Source: Escherichia phage W143
Direction: 5' to 3' (one strand)
DNA length: 64,000 nucleotides
Sequence record: MZ189262.1
Part shown: positions 48,858 to 57,809 of the stretch, one piece after another
Layout of the letters: each line of letters starts with the position of its first letter
Numbering within the stretch: position 1 is the first letter of the stretch
Position numbers and translations under genes: made by a program
The notes under the pieces: generated by a model
Seen by the model: only the letters and a program-made list of their open reading frames with translations
Databases searched by the model: none
What the model was told of the DNA's origin: nothing

Positions 48858-49577
48858 TTAGGATTCTTTTAAATGTCTTTTCTGAAAAGTTGATACCATA
48901 CTACGATACGGTTCATTTGGATACCCGTGTTTTATAGCTTCCTTTGTAAATTTTCTCCATCCATATTTAGTTTCTTTCCAAAGCTCGAATAATTCATCTT
49001 CATACTGCCATATAGTTAAATGAGAACGCTTTGCAGCTTTAATTCCATTAATATGCTTTTCTTTTACTACAGGATTGCTTAGTTTCTTTTTAATAATATT
49101 ACTAACTTTTCTAACAAAAACTGGGTCCTTATATCGTTGCGAAGTTTTTATTGAAGTGTTTAATTTAGCTTCCGGTGTAGATGTGACCTCTTTCATCTTT
49201 TTCTTCATATGCTGTATATGATTAGGATTTTTCCATAAATTTATAGAATGCTTTTTGCATTTTATCCTAGTTTCATCTGCAACCTTTCCTCCTTCACCTC
49301 CGTATGACAGGTTAACACAGTTTTTTCCATATTTCAATTTACCTGCCATGATATATAATATTTCAGCTTGTACCATTTTATCATAATTATCAAAAACTTC
49401 TAAAACCGTTTTTGATAATATGTGGTCATTTGACACTTTTACACGTTCTATATAATTTCCACTACCAACATACGAATCATTGATGTTATTAGTTATATGT
49501 CGACCATAATAGTATTTCTTAATACCTGTCTTTAAATTTAATATTTCAGTTTTATAGATAGTAAAATATTTTTTCAT
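48858..49577 (-). CDS. putative degenerate GIY-YIG (Seg-like) endonuclease
   Basis: 239-aa ORF; N-terminal TIY...(12 aa)...YYG-R resembling GIY-YIG, lysine-rich C-terminal half; weak. Confidence 0.35.
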   Translation of the reverse strand: MKKYFTIYKTEILNLKTGIKKYYYGRHITNNINDSYVGSGNYIERVKVSNDHILSKTVLEVFDNYDKMVQAEILYIMAGKLKYGKNCVNLSYGGEGGKVADETRIKCKKHSINLWKNPNHIQHMKKKMKEVTSTPEAKLNTSIKTSQRYKDPVFVRKVSNIIKKKLSNPVVKEKHINGIKAAKRSHLTIWQYEDELFELWKETKYGWRKFTKEAIKHGYPNEPYRSMVSTFQKRHLKES

Positions 49578-50542
49578 TTTAATAATACCGTTTCAGCGAT
49601 TTCTTCCCAATGATTTTTGTCGGTCATAATAAAGTCAGCAAGATAAAGAGCAGTACGCAGTGAAACATTGCGTAAACGATTAACATTAACTTTCATCCAT
49701 GATAATGCTTTATAAGTTTCTTCATCAGAAAGACCGCGCTTTTGCATCATGTCAGTTGAAAGAATAACATCTTCAACCCTGACCATAATTTCTTCATTAG
49801 TGTGAACACCCAAATCTAAATAAACTGAGCGGGACACTAATGCTTGTAAATGTGGAGCAAGTTTAGTACCACGGTCTAATTCGCGGTCAATGTCAACGTT
49901 TGTGATAAAAACAATCGTTCCTTTAAATTCAAACTCACGGTCAATGCCTTTTTCTTCTAAGTAAGAAGATGCAGTGCTCCAGCAGACTTTACGGGTCTCT
50001 CCAGTGTCCAGAGCAGCTTTTAGAAGATTAAGAATGTCCATATCAGAGAAAACATCCACATCATCAATCAAAAGGACAGAATTCTCTTCACGATTATTCC
50101 AAAGCTGTTCATAAAGACCAATACCAGAGATTTTACCATTAATGCTTTTATATTCAATGTATCCATTATCATTTGCTTTATTTAAAGCTTTATCTAAAGA
50201 ATACGTTTTACCAATACCTGCTGCGCCAGAGATAATTAATGAACGAATATTTCCGTTAATAATACCATTCGTCATCATTCCCATAACATTAAATCTTTTA
50301 TTAATGCGGGTTTTCATATCTTCATATGATTCTTTAACTTCTTCAACTTTTACACCATCATATGAAATATCTGATTTGTAAACCCAAACACCGCGACGTT
50401 TACCGTCAATTTCAACAAAAACTTTACCATCTCCTTGTGCATCTACCGGAGCATTATCAGGGAACCACTCACCTAAGAGCTCAAAAGTTCCAGAGATTTC
50501 TTTACCGAAGTAGATACCCTTATTGATAGTTACAGTTTTCAT
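49574..50542 (-). CDS. P-loop NTPase
   Basis: track ORF trimmed to MKTVTINKG; Walker A GAAGIGKT and Walker B VLLIDDVD. Confidence 0.6.
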   Translation of the reverse strand: MKTVTINKGIYFGKEISGTFELLGEWFPDNAPVDAQGDGKVFVEIDGKRRGVWVYKSDISYDGVKVEEVKESYEDMKTRINKRFNVMGMMTNGIINGNIRSLIISGAAGIGKTYSLDKALNKANDNGYIEYKSINGKISGIGLYEQLWNNREENSVLLIDDVDVFSDMDILNLLKAALDTGETRKVCWSTASSYLEEKGIDREFEFKGTIVFITNVDIDRELDRGTKLAPHLQALVSRSVYLDLGVHTNEEIMVRVEDVILSTDMMQKRGLSDEETYKALSWMKVNVNRLRNVSLRTALYLADFIMTDKNHWEEIAETVLLK

Positions 50543-50579
50543 TTTATTCTCCAAATCTGTATCAGTAGTTGATAGTTGT

Positions 50580-50609
50580 ATAGTACCATAAAGCTTTATG
50601 CTTGTAAAC
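50580..50609 (-). promoter_or_regulatory. T4-type early promoter
   Basis: GTTTAC 50609-50604, 18 bp, TACTAT. Confidence 0.65.
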
Positions 50610-50620
50610 CGTTTTGTGAA

Positions 50621-50660
50621 AAAATTTTTGAAATAAAAAAGGGGGACCTCTAGGGCCCCC
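50621..50660 (-). terminator. intrinsic terminator
   Basis: GGGGGACC-TCTA-GGGCCCCC hairpin (one mismatch) followed on the minus strand by UUUUUUAUUU. Confidence 0.6.
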
Positions 50661-50671
50661 TTTGTGTTGAT

Positions 50672-51157
50672 TTATTCCATTTCTACTATATGCATGTTCT
50701 TTTTGCTATCAAAATATATGTTTTTAACTATTAACTCAGAATTAATTGGCAGTAAAAACTCTCTTTCATAATCTACCATACAAAGATTATCATAAAGCTT
50801 GTTAAGCTTATCATCGTCAGTTTGGCCAGATTCTTCAATTGCGATTAAATTTTCTAAAATGTCAATCATAGCAGTCGAATAGTCGAAAACGTTTGCATTT
50901 TTTAACACTACTAAAACATTAGTCATATAGCGTTCTGCCGCAAACGTTTCAGCTATATGAGACTCACTGCTAAAGGAAGTTATTCTTTTAAATTTGATTC
51001 TCCTATTAACTTCAAACTTATAAGATAACACTTCCTCTATTGTAAGTCCTCTAAAAAGTGTGTCTTTAATCTCAAGTTTGTCTTTAATGTAATCATTAAC
51101 ACGCTTATGATTAAAATCATTAATTTTGTTGCCAAGGCATTGCATTAAAATATGCAT
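50672..51157 (-). CDS. putative mini ADP-ribosyltransferase-like protein
   Basis: 161-aa ORF; R (LFRGLT), S-x-S (SFSSES) and E-x-E (YEREF) with spacing like ModA/ModB; inference only. Confidence 0.4.
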   Translation of the reverse strand: MHILMQCLGNKINDFNHKRVNDYIKDKLEIKDTLFRGLTIEEVLSYKFEVNRRIKFKRITSFSSESHIAETFAAERYMTNVLVVLKNANVFDYSTAMIDILENLIAIEESGQTDDDKLNKLYDNLCMVDYEREFLLPINSELIVKNIYFDSKKNMHIVEME

Positions 51158-51203
51158 TGTATTCTCCTCAATTTTTAAAGAGCAATTAATTAACTACACA
51201 TAT

Positions 51204-51233
51204 ATTATAATATGCTTTGCGATAGAAGTAAAC
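51204..51233 (-). promoter_or_regulatory. T4-type early promoter
   Basis: GTTTAC 51233-51228, 18 bp, TATAAT 51209-51204. Confidence 0.7.
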
Positions 51234-51250
51234 AACTTTGTGACGTCATT

Positions 51251-51279
51251 TTAAACAAAAAAAGGAGCCCGAAGGCTCC
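51251..51279 (-). terminator. intrinsic terminator
   Basis: GGAGCC-CGAA-GGCTCC hairpin followed on the minus strand by UUUUUUUGUUU. Confidence 0.7.
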
Positions 51280-51282
51280 CTA

Positions 51283-52296
51283 TCATTTATAATAACTTCG
51301 GTGGTTTTCAAGATAAACCCTCTCAAGGAAGTCATCCCAGAAACCCATGTCTACTTTTTGCTGCATACCGTTCTTAGAAGCTTCAATGGATGCTGCTTCT
51401 ACTTGATCGACCACATCTTCCAAAAACTCTTGAACAGTTTTAAATGGATGCTTACCCAACTTCACGTCGAGAATAAATGGAGCATCTTGGAGTGGATAAA
51501 CCAAGTCACCAGTTTTGTAAATTTCCAATAGTTGGAGTCCACCACGACAAGCATGACTCAGAGCTTTCCAGTCAATACCCTCATTAGCTTCAGCCTTACG
51601 AGCGCGTTCACCGTATTCGGCATCAAGTTTATTCAAAGACTGCTTAAGCTCAATAAGAGAAAGCGTTGTCTGATATTTACGACCCAACACAGTATAGAAC
51701 GTTTGCGGGCCTGTTTTCTCATGATTATGGAATACCCATTCACAGAACTCGTTTTCTGGAAGACGATGCTTAATATCTTCAACTTTAGTTCGACGCTGCT
51801 TAATGGAACCGTCTTCTTGGTAATCAACCCATTGCTCAGGGATTTGATTAACTACTTTCAATACATCACGTAATGCGGCCAAACGAGAACCCTTAACACC
51901 ATATTTAGAAGCTTGCTTGCGAACATATCCTAAATAGGATTTCATGTTAGTCGTATAAAAACGAGAACGATTGTCTTGGATAAATTTCCATACATCAGGC
52001 AAATCTGATTTAACCACTAGCTCAGGTGGAGTGTGAAGCATATCCAATGCTACAGTTTCACCATCTGCTGCTAATTTAAAGAAATACTTAAGACTGTATA
52101 GTTCATGGTCAATATCATCTTTAGTGTTTTTAGATGATGTGTTGTTAGTGTTTTTACTCATATGCTCTTTAACATTTCCGATAAGAATATCACGAGCAGG
52201 AGGAACAAAGATTTCTTTAAAATCTACATCAGATTCTGGAGTAGAAGTTCCATAAAGATGACTACCAAAATAGCTTTTCATTACTGTTTTCATCAT
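51283..52296 (-). CDS. nucleotidyltransferase-fold protein (Pol-beta superfamily)
   Basis: 337-aa ORF; N-terminal GS-x3-G-x5-SDVD signature (YFGSHLYGTSTPESDVDF). Confidence 0.5.
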   Translation of the reverse strand: MMKTVMKSYFGSHLYGTSTPESDVDFKEIFVPPARDILIGNVKEHMSKNTNNTSSKNTKDDIDHELYSLKYFFKLAADGETVALDMLHTPPELVVKSDLPDVWKFIQDNRSRFYTTNMKSYLGYVRKQASKYGVKGSRLAALRDVLKVVNQIPEQWVDYQEDGSIKQRRTKVEDIKHRLPENEFCEWVFHNHEKTGPQTFYTVLGRKYQTTLSLIELKQSLNKLDAEYGERARKAEANEGIDWKALSHACRGGLQLLEIYKTGDLVYPLQDAPFILDVKLGKHPFKTVQEFLEDVVDQVEAASIEASKNGMQQKVDMGFWDDFLERVYLENHRSYYK

Positions 52297-52754
52297 TCAG
52301 CCTTATATTCAATAACAGGACATACTTTAGCTTTACGGGCTTTTAAAAATTCGACGATAATAGATTTCTTGGGTTGAATAGGAGGTAAACCTTTATACGC
52401 CCTATCAATATTTTCTACATGTAAAGCATAATCCTTTTTCCATTTATAATCTTTATATTTTTCATGCAGTTGTGCAGGAATAACAAATGAACCGATAATA
52501 AGTAAAACAAGCAAAATGGCAAGTATAAATGCTGATGGAATAAGAGTCCATAAACTACCAAAAATAAGCCATTTCTGTATGATTTCTGCGCAGATAATAG
52601 TTAGACCTGCGAGTATAGTACATCCGAAAAAAGAAACGAAAAATGTAGGGATAACAATAGACCAAAAGTATGCACACAGTGTCTTAGGTCGTTTCCATTC
52701 ATCATTAAACATTTTGAATAATTTATAGTGCCAAGAGCTTTCATTAATAATCAT
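52293..52754 (-). CDS. membrane protein
   Basis: 153-aa ORF with about three TM helices. Confidence 0.5.
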   Translation of the reverse strand: MIINESSWHYKLFKMFNDEWKRPKTLCAYFWSIVIPTFFVSFFGCTILAGLTIICAEIIQKWLIFGSLWTLIPSAFILAILLVLLIIGSFVIPAQLHEKYKDYKWKKDYALHVENIDRAYKGLPPIQPKKSIIVEFLKARKAKVCPVIEYKAE

Positions 52755-52756
52755 AA

Positions 52757-53278
52757 TTATCCTTTCATTGAAGGTGTAACAGTTGTTAAATACTTAATCA
52801 TAGCTTCAGCTTCTGATTTTGATAATGAAATTTCTCCATTGTTTTGACGAATAGAAATAAAATCCGGATGACGGTCACCACCAGCTTTTAAAACACACAT
52901 ATAAGTATCAGTTTCATCTTCAATATTTGAAATGATTGAAGCAGTTCCACATGAATGCGGTTTTTGATAAATTAATACAGCTTTTCTTCCACCGTTTGAC
53001 TGTTCATAAACTTTTAACACATCAAACAAATCACTTCTTTTATCAATAGCTAAGATGTTGTTTTCATCTTCAATGTTAAATCCTTCGGATACTTCATAAA
53101 GTGTCACCCATAAATCACCTATATCGATAGTAGCATTTACTTTTCCACGGATTTCAAGAGCATGACAAATTTTCTTGATTTCGTCATAACTCATTTTAAT
53201 AATATCATCTCCTTGAATAAGGAAGATGTCATTTTTAAATTCAACACGAATTAAACCGCTTTCACTTGAAATAAACAT
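52757..53278 (-). CDS. hypothetical protein (tandem paralog A)
   Basis: 173-aa ORF; GFNIE and C-terminal ...MIKYLTTVTPSM shared with the adjacent gene. Confidence 0.5.
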   Translation of the reverse strand: MFISSESGLIRVEFKNDIFLIQGDDIIKMSYDEIKKICHALEIRGKVNATIDIGDLWVTLYEVSEGFNIEDENNILAIDKRSDLFDVLKVYEQSNGGRKAVLIYQKPHSCGTASIISNIEDETDTYMCVLKAGGDRHPDFISIRQNNGEISLSKSEAEAMIKYLTTVTPSMKG

Positions 53279-53284
53279 ATTTCC

Positions 53285-53827
53285 TCACTTTGAAATCATA
53301 GTTGGAATGACAGAATCAAGATAAGTCTTTAGCGCAATAGCTTCGTCTTTGGTAAATGTGACAATATGTGATCGAAAATCATCAATTTGACGAATAGTTA
53401 AGACATCTCCCTCTTCATAACATTTTGATACATTTAAAAGAGTTTCATCATTCTGATCGCACTGATCACAAGCGTTAGTAATAATAGCATTGCAATTTTT
53501 AAGCCATTTTAAACTATGTTTTCTTTCATTAGAATAATAAAAATATTTAACGTAAGTTATAAAATTATCCCAATTATTAATTGATAAGCATATTGACTCG
53601 CTTTCAATATTAAATCCTGGGCATAAAGAATAAAAATGAATTTTATGCTCATCATTAATGCTTACAATTTTATCAGTGTAAGGATTTTCAATTTGGGTTA
53701 AATGAATGATTTCACTGGGCGTAAAATACAGCATATCGTCTTCTTGCGTCAAACGATACATATTATTTACTTTTTCTATAGCCAATTCACCAAAAAGTGA
53801 ACTAACTTCTAGTACTAATCGTTTCAT
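53285..53827 (-). CDS. hypothetical protein (tandem paralog B)
   Basis: track ORF begins at GTG; trimmed to ATG (MKRLVLEV); C-terminal ...LKTYLDSVIPTM. Confidence 0.5.
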   Translation of the reverse strand: MKRLVLEVSSLFGELAIEKVNNMYRLTQEDDMLYFTPSEIIHLTQIENPYTDKIVSINDEHKIHFYSLCPGFNIESESICLSINNWDNFITYVKYFYYSNERKHSLKWLKNCNAIITNACDQCDQNDETLLNVSKCYEEGDVLTIRQIDDFRSHIVTFTKDEAIALKTYLDSVIPTMISK

Positions 53828-53986
53828 ATTGATTCTCTTCGACTCACTCACAATTACATACTCCTTTGAATAATATCAATAATGTTGTTCACAAGATTAT
53901 AAGTAAACATTGGGTAATTATATTGAATCATCACATACACAACAAACAAAACTTTCATTCTCTTCTCCTTGGCAGTTGACAAGATT

Positions 53987-54016
53987 ACTATACCATAACC
54001 TTGCCAACTTGTAAAC
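53987..54016 (-). promoter_or_regulatory. T4-type early promoter
   Basis: GTTTAC 54016-54011, 18 bp, TATAGT. Confidence 0.6.
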
Positions 54017-54181
54017 TGTTAAATGACGTTTTCAATAAAATTCTGGAGTTTTGTGTGAGCATCAACCATGATTTTCATTTCTTCCTTTGCGAAAGCTGTA
54101 CCTCTTTCCCGAGAAGAACACTCATAGTCAGAAACTGCATTAGCATATTCTTCAATTAGCTTCATTAAAAACATCTGCTTT

Positions 54182-54376
54182 TCAGTTTTCATTATTCCAC
54201 CTAATCATTTCAAGATATTGAACTAACTTAGCTTTGGATTTATCCAAATCCTTTTTAGCTGCTGCTATACCTTCGTATGAATATCCTTCACAGTGCTCAA
54301 CTGCTAATTGATATGAATCTATTTCAACATCACGTGCTAATTTAATGATTTTTTCAAACTGTTCGTGTGTCAGCAT
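54182..54376 (-). CDS. hypothetical protein
   Basis: 64-aa ORF. Confidence 0.45.
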   Translation of the reverse strand: MLTHEQFEKIIKLARDVEIDSYQLAVEHCEGYSYEGIAAAKKDLDKSKAKLVQYLEMIRWNNEN

Positions 54377-54378
54377 AC

Positions 54379-54618
54379 TTAAACTCTCGTATTGTGATCG
54401 ATAATTTCATCAAGAAACATATCTAAAGCTTCTACAGCATTATCAACTTTAGCTTCAAATTCTTCAATACCTTTATTTGCAATGCCTGACGAAAACCAAG
54501 CAAAGTCACTAAGTTCCTCATCTGCTTTGCGAATTAAAGCTACCAATTCTTTAATTTTATCTGCTTGTTCGATACTAATCATTATTCCACCACATATGAA
54601 AGAGAGAATATTGCACAC
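54379..54618 (-). CDS. hypothetical protein
   Basis: 79-aa ORF, start uncertain. Confidence 0.45.
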   Translation of the reverse strand: MCNILSFICGGIMISIEQADKIKELVALIRKADEELSDFAWFSSGIANKGIEEFEAKVDNAVEALDMFLDEIIDHNTRV

Positions 54619-54770
54619 GCCATATGAGTTGCAGCTTCATCACACATATCATAACGTTTCTTAAGAAGTTCTACAAGTTCTTCACTAGTAACTTCATCCA
54701 TGTCGACGAAAAAATCACCATTAATGATGACGTAGATATTTCCTTCTTGATTAAGTGCTTCAATTTTCAT
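54582..54770 (-). CDS. hypothetical acidic protein
   Basis: track ORF trimmed to [10 protein letters not shown] because the longer start lies in the promoter. Confidence 0.45.
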   Translation of the reverse strand: MKIEALNQEGNIYVIINGDFFVDMDEVTSEELVELLKKRYDMCDEAATHMACAIFSLSYVVE

Positions 54771-54798
54771 GATGTTCTCCTCTTTATCCGATGGTTGT

Positions 54799-54828
54799 AT
54801 AGTATCACAGCTCAAATGGAAAGTAAAC
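54799..54828 (-). promoter_or_regulatory. T4-type early promoter
   Basis: GTTTAC 54828-54823, 18 bp, TACTAT. Confidence 0.6.
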
Positions 54829-54830
54829 CG

Positions 54831-54860
54831 GTAAAATGAAAAAAGTCTCCCGAAGGAGAC
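54831..54860 (-). terminator. intrinsic terminator
   Basis: GTCTCC-CGAA-GGAGAC hairpin followed on the minus strand by UUUUUUCAUUUU. Confidence 0.65.
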
Positions 54861-54865
54861 TAATG

Positions 54866-55252
54866 TTATTCGAGGGAAAGAAGATACTTACTCTGGTAAA
54901 ACATTCCAGTAATATCATCTATCGTGCTTTGAATGGCTGGAGGCATTTCTTTGTAAATGCTGTTAGATTGGTCTAGTATACGATCAATCATTTTAATTGT
55001 GTCGGTAGGAAGTTTACTAGCATCTGGAATTGAAGGTGTGTATTTTCTACCAGAATACCCCAAATACTGCTCACCAAATTTATCAATCAAATCTGGCAAC
55101 TCAGAGAAAATAAAATCGTATGCTTTGTGTCTAGCATAACTTTTAGTTTCAAAATGCGCAGAATGAAAATAAGCTTGCGCAGCCATTAATAAACCTAAGT
55201 ATTCATCTGCCTTTGAAGGTTTTCCACTTTGTGAAAAGTCGCTGAATTTCAT
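54866..55252 (-). CDS. hypothetical protein (rI.-1 position)
   Basis: 128-aa ORF immediately downstream of rI. Confidence 0.55.
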   Translation of the reverse strand: MKFSDFSQSGKPSKADEYLGLLMAAQAYFHSAHFETKSYARHKAYDFIFSELPDLIDKFGEQYLGYSGRKYTPSIPDASKLPTDTIKMIDRILDQSNSIYKEMPPAIQSTIDDITGMFYQSKYLLSLE

Positions 55253-55542
55253 TCAGTCTCCAATTTAATGTTCATAATTCTAGCGTATGATTGTGCCATC
55301 TCCGCGCCTCGTTCTATACATTCAAAATCGGAAGAGCACGGGTCATTTTTATAGGTTGTTCGCATGAAACTATAGAACTGTTCAGATGATTCTACGCTTT
55401 TATTTTCAAAAAGCATATAAACATGTCTAATACCAGATTCCATAAATTTATCAAAATGAGGATCGACATTCGCTTCAATCGGCGGAGATAAAACAAACGC
55501 TAATCCTAGCATGGCGAATAATGCCGCTGCTTTTAAGGCCAT
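55249..55542 (-). CDS. rI: RI lysis-inhibition protein
   Basis: 97-aa ORF with N-terminal signal-anchor (MALKAAALFAMLGLAFVLS); size and position next to tk. Confidence 0.8.
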   Translation of the reverse strand: MALKAAALFAMLGLAFVLSPPIEANVDPHFDKFMESGIRHVYMLFENKSVESSEQFYSFMRTTYKNDPCSSDFECIERGAEMAQSYARIMNIKLETE

Positions 55543-55554
55543 AAAGGCCTCCTA

Positions 55555-55767
55555 TCATTTTTGTCCTGTATTTACTTTATGCCGATGCACGGCCTTAACT
55601 TTATCAAGGTATTTTTCAAAATTTCGCAATCTAGTATAGTCTGCCGGAGATTGGTTGAGTGATACTTCTCGACGCAAAGCTGAAATGATATTTCCAACTT
55701 CCCTACGAATTTCATCTAATTGAAGAACAGTAAGATTGCGAAGTTGCTTTTCAGTTAATTGTAGCAT
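55555..55767 (-). CDS. hypothetical protein (rI.1 position)
   Basis: 70-aa ORF. Confidence 0.5.
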
Positions 55768-55809
55768 ATATACCCCTTTAGTTAGATAAACCTATTTATA
55801 ACTTTTGCA

Positions 55810-56391
55810 CTAACCGAGCTTTTTAGTTAATTCATTCCAATGTTTTCTACACAAAGAAACATAAATTTCATCACCAATACAAATTTGATTACCTTCTTTA
55901 ACTGGTGTTCCATCTTCCATTAATCGAGCTGTCATAATCGCTTTTTTACCACAATGACAAACTGCCTTCAGTTCAATAAGTTTATCTGCAATCGCCAAAA
56001 GTTCTTTAGAACCTTCAAATAATTTTCCAGCGAAATCAGTCCTTAGTCCATAAGCCATAACAGGAACATTATATGTATCGACAATTCGGCTTAATTGATG
56101 TACCTGTTCAGTTTTTAAAAACTGAGCTTCATCTACAAATACACAATGAATATCTTTTTGCGCTTCAGCCCATTTATAGAACTCAAAAATATCCATATCA
56201 TCCGTAATAATATTCGCTTCCTGTTTAATTCCAATGCGAGAAACGACTTCGCAGACAGAATCGCGAGTATCAATAGCAGGCTTAAGAACTAATACACTCA
56301 TTCCACGTTCTTTATAATTATGTGCAGCAGTCAAAAGAGAAGCAGATTTTCCAGCATTCATTGCTGCATAAGTAAAAATTAAACTCGCCAT
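55810..56391 (-). CDS. tk: thymidine kinase
   Basis: 193-aa ORF; P-loop AAMNAGKS and C-terminal zinc-binding Cys pairs. Confidence 0.9.
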   Translation of the reverse strand: MASLIFTYAAMNAGKSASLLTAAHNYKERGMSVLVLKPAIDTRDSVCEVVSRIGIKQEANIITDDMDIFEFYKWAEAQKDIHCVFVDEAQFLKTEQVHQLSRIVDTYNVPVMAYGLRTDFAGKLFEGSKELLAIADKLIELKAVCHCGKKAIMTARLMEDGTPVKEGNQICIGDEIYVSLCRKHWNELTKKLG

Positions 56392-56392
56392 C

Positions 56393-56581
56393 TTAGTCCT
56401 TAGTTAAATTTTCTAAATATGTTTCTAAATCATTTTCAGCTTTATCGATAGATTTTACTAATTCGTAATATGTTTCGGCATCTCCATATTCAGAAGATAT
56501 TTCAAAAGACAAATCCTTTTCTAAACTAACAATTTCACTAACTAAAAATAATATTTCGTTCTTTTGTTCGCGAGTAATCAT
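56393..56581 (-). CDS. small acidic protein (tandem duplicate 1)
   Basis: 62-aa ORF paralogous to the next ORF. Confidence 0.5.
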   Translation of the reverse strand: MITREQKNEILFLVSEIVSLEKDLSFEISSEYGDAETYYELVKSIDKAENDLETYLENLTKD

Positions 56582-56763
56582 AATGAATTTATATAATCAA
56601 TGAGTTCTTGTTCTTTATTATCGAATTCTTTAGAAAGTTCTTCGTACTCGTTTGCACTAAAAGGACCGCATTCATTACAAACTTTTTCCAATTCGCTATT
56701 TTTATCCATAACTTCGTGGATAAGAGAAAAGAGTTTGTCTTTTTGTTCTTTACTCAGACTCAT
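56578..56763 (-). CDS. small acidic protein (tandem duplicate 2)
   Basis: 61-aa ORF (MSLSKEQKDKLFSLIHEV...) paralogous to 56393-56581. Confidence 0.5.
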   Translation of the reverse strand: MSLSKEQKDKLFSLIHEVMDKNSELEKVCNECGPFSANEYEELSKEFDNKEQELIDYINSL

Positions 56764-56929
56764 ATATTAAATCCCAGAAGTTTTAAGATAATTCGCTTTT
56801 GCTTAAATATTTCCATCGTTAAATGATCAATATCTTTTTGACCAATTCCAATAGCAAAACCCTTATTTACGGCAAGTTCAATTAAATTATCAATATTGCG
56901 TAAAACTTCATAACGTAACTCAAAATTAT

Positions 56930-57136
56930 TCATTTTGGTTCACCTTCTTTAACGAAATCCGGATAAGGATTAAATCCAGAATAAAATCCTTCACCTTTAT
57001 GATTGCTACAACCCTTGTTCGAGCAATAGCACCAATAATCAAAATCACAAGCCATTTCGTCATTGCATAAAGCAAAAACTACAGGCCATTCGCATTTTTC
57101 ACATTTAGCGCCTAGAAGAATTTTTGTTTGACTCAT
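56930..57136 (-). CDS. Cys-rich zinc-binding protein
   Basis: trimmed to MSQTKILLG; CEKCEW...CYCSNKGC. Confidence 0.45.
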   Translation of the reverse strand: MSQTKILLGAKCEKCEWPVVFALCNDEMACDFDYWCYCSNKGCSNHKGEGFYSGFNPYPDFVKEGEPK

Positions 57137-57360
57137 AACCACGTTACCTGCATACAATATTCTTCAACATGCTTTTTACGACCTTTCTTATCGATAAAGG
57201 TGTATTCCATAAAGCGACCAAGATATCGTCTTTCAACGTTATGAGGAGTATTAATAGGACACTTAGTCTGGCGAATTTCTTCCCATTCACGAATAATGAC
57301 TGCTTTATTCTTTGGGTCATACGGATGTGGATAATGTATATTCATAATAACGGTTCCCAA
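57133..57360 (-). CDS. hypothetical protein
   Basis: 75-aa ORF. Confidence 0.45.
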   Translation of the reverse strand: MGTVIMNIHYPHPYDPKNKAVIIREWEEIRQTKCPINTPHNVERRYLGRFMEYTFIDKKGRKKHVEEYCMQVTWL

Positions 57361-57809
57361 TTAACAATCACAATTTCTAATTTAGAGGAATATGTATCTA
57401 AAATCCCCTCAATAATATCCCAGTTCCCTTTACCTATGCCTGCACCAATCCTAGGCATATAGATTGTAGGTTTAATCAGTTTATTTTCACCAAACTCATT
57501 TAATTCTAACATACAATTCATTAAAGCGGAATACTCAAAATTTGGCCCTGGTTGAAATTGAGTATAAAGATTGAAGCAGTAAGCTTTATGAGTCCTAAAG
57601 TATTTTTCATAGACTGAGTAAAAACCGAGTTTAGTTACATCGCCCCATTCTGTCTGTAATTTATCAGCTTCCAAAATTTTAGGGAAAGCTTTGGTTAATT
57701 GACCCGCTACGCCTGAACCCATAGTATGAAAACAATTGCATCCATGCGCAATATTTTTACCTTCAGCGAAAAGGGCGACAATATCGCCCTTGATATATTT
57801 TACAATCAT
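57342..57809 (-). CDS. macro-domain-like protein (candidate ADP-ribose binding/hydrolase)
   Basis: 155-aa ORF; IKGDIV...HGCNCFHTMGSGVAGQL...PRIGAGIGKG resembles macro-domain motifs. Confidence 0.5.
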   Translation of the reverse strand: MIVKYIKGDIVALFAEGKNIAHGCNCFHTMGSGVAGQLTKAFPKILEADKLQTEWGDVTKLGFYSVYEKYFRTHKAYCFNLYTQFQPGPNFEYSALMNCMLELNEFGENKLIKPTIYMPRIGAGIGKGNWDIIEGILDTYSSKLEIVIVNWEPLL

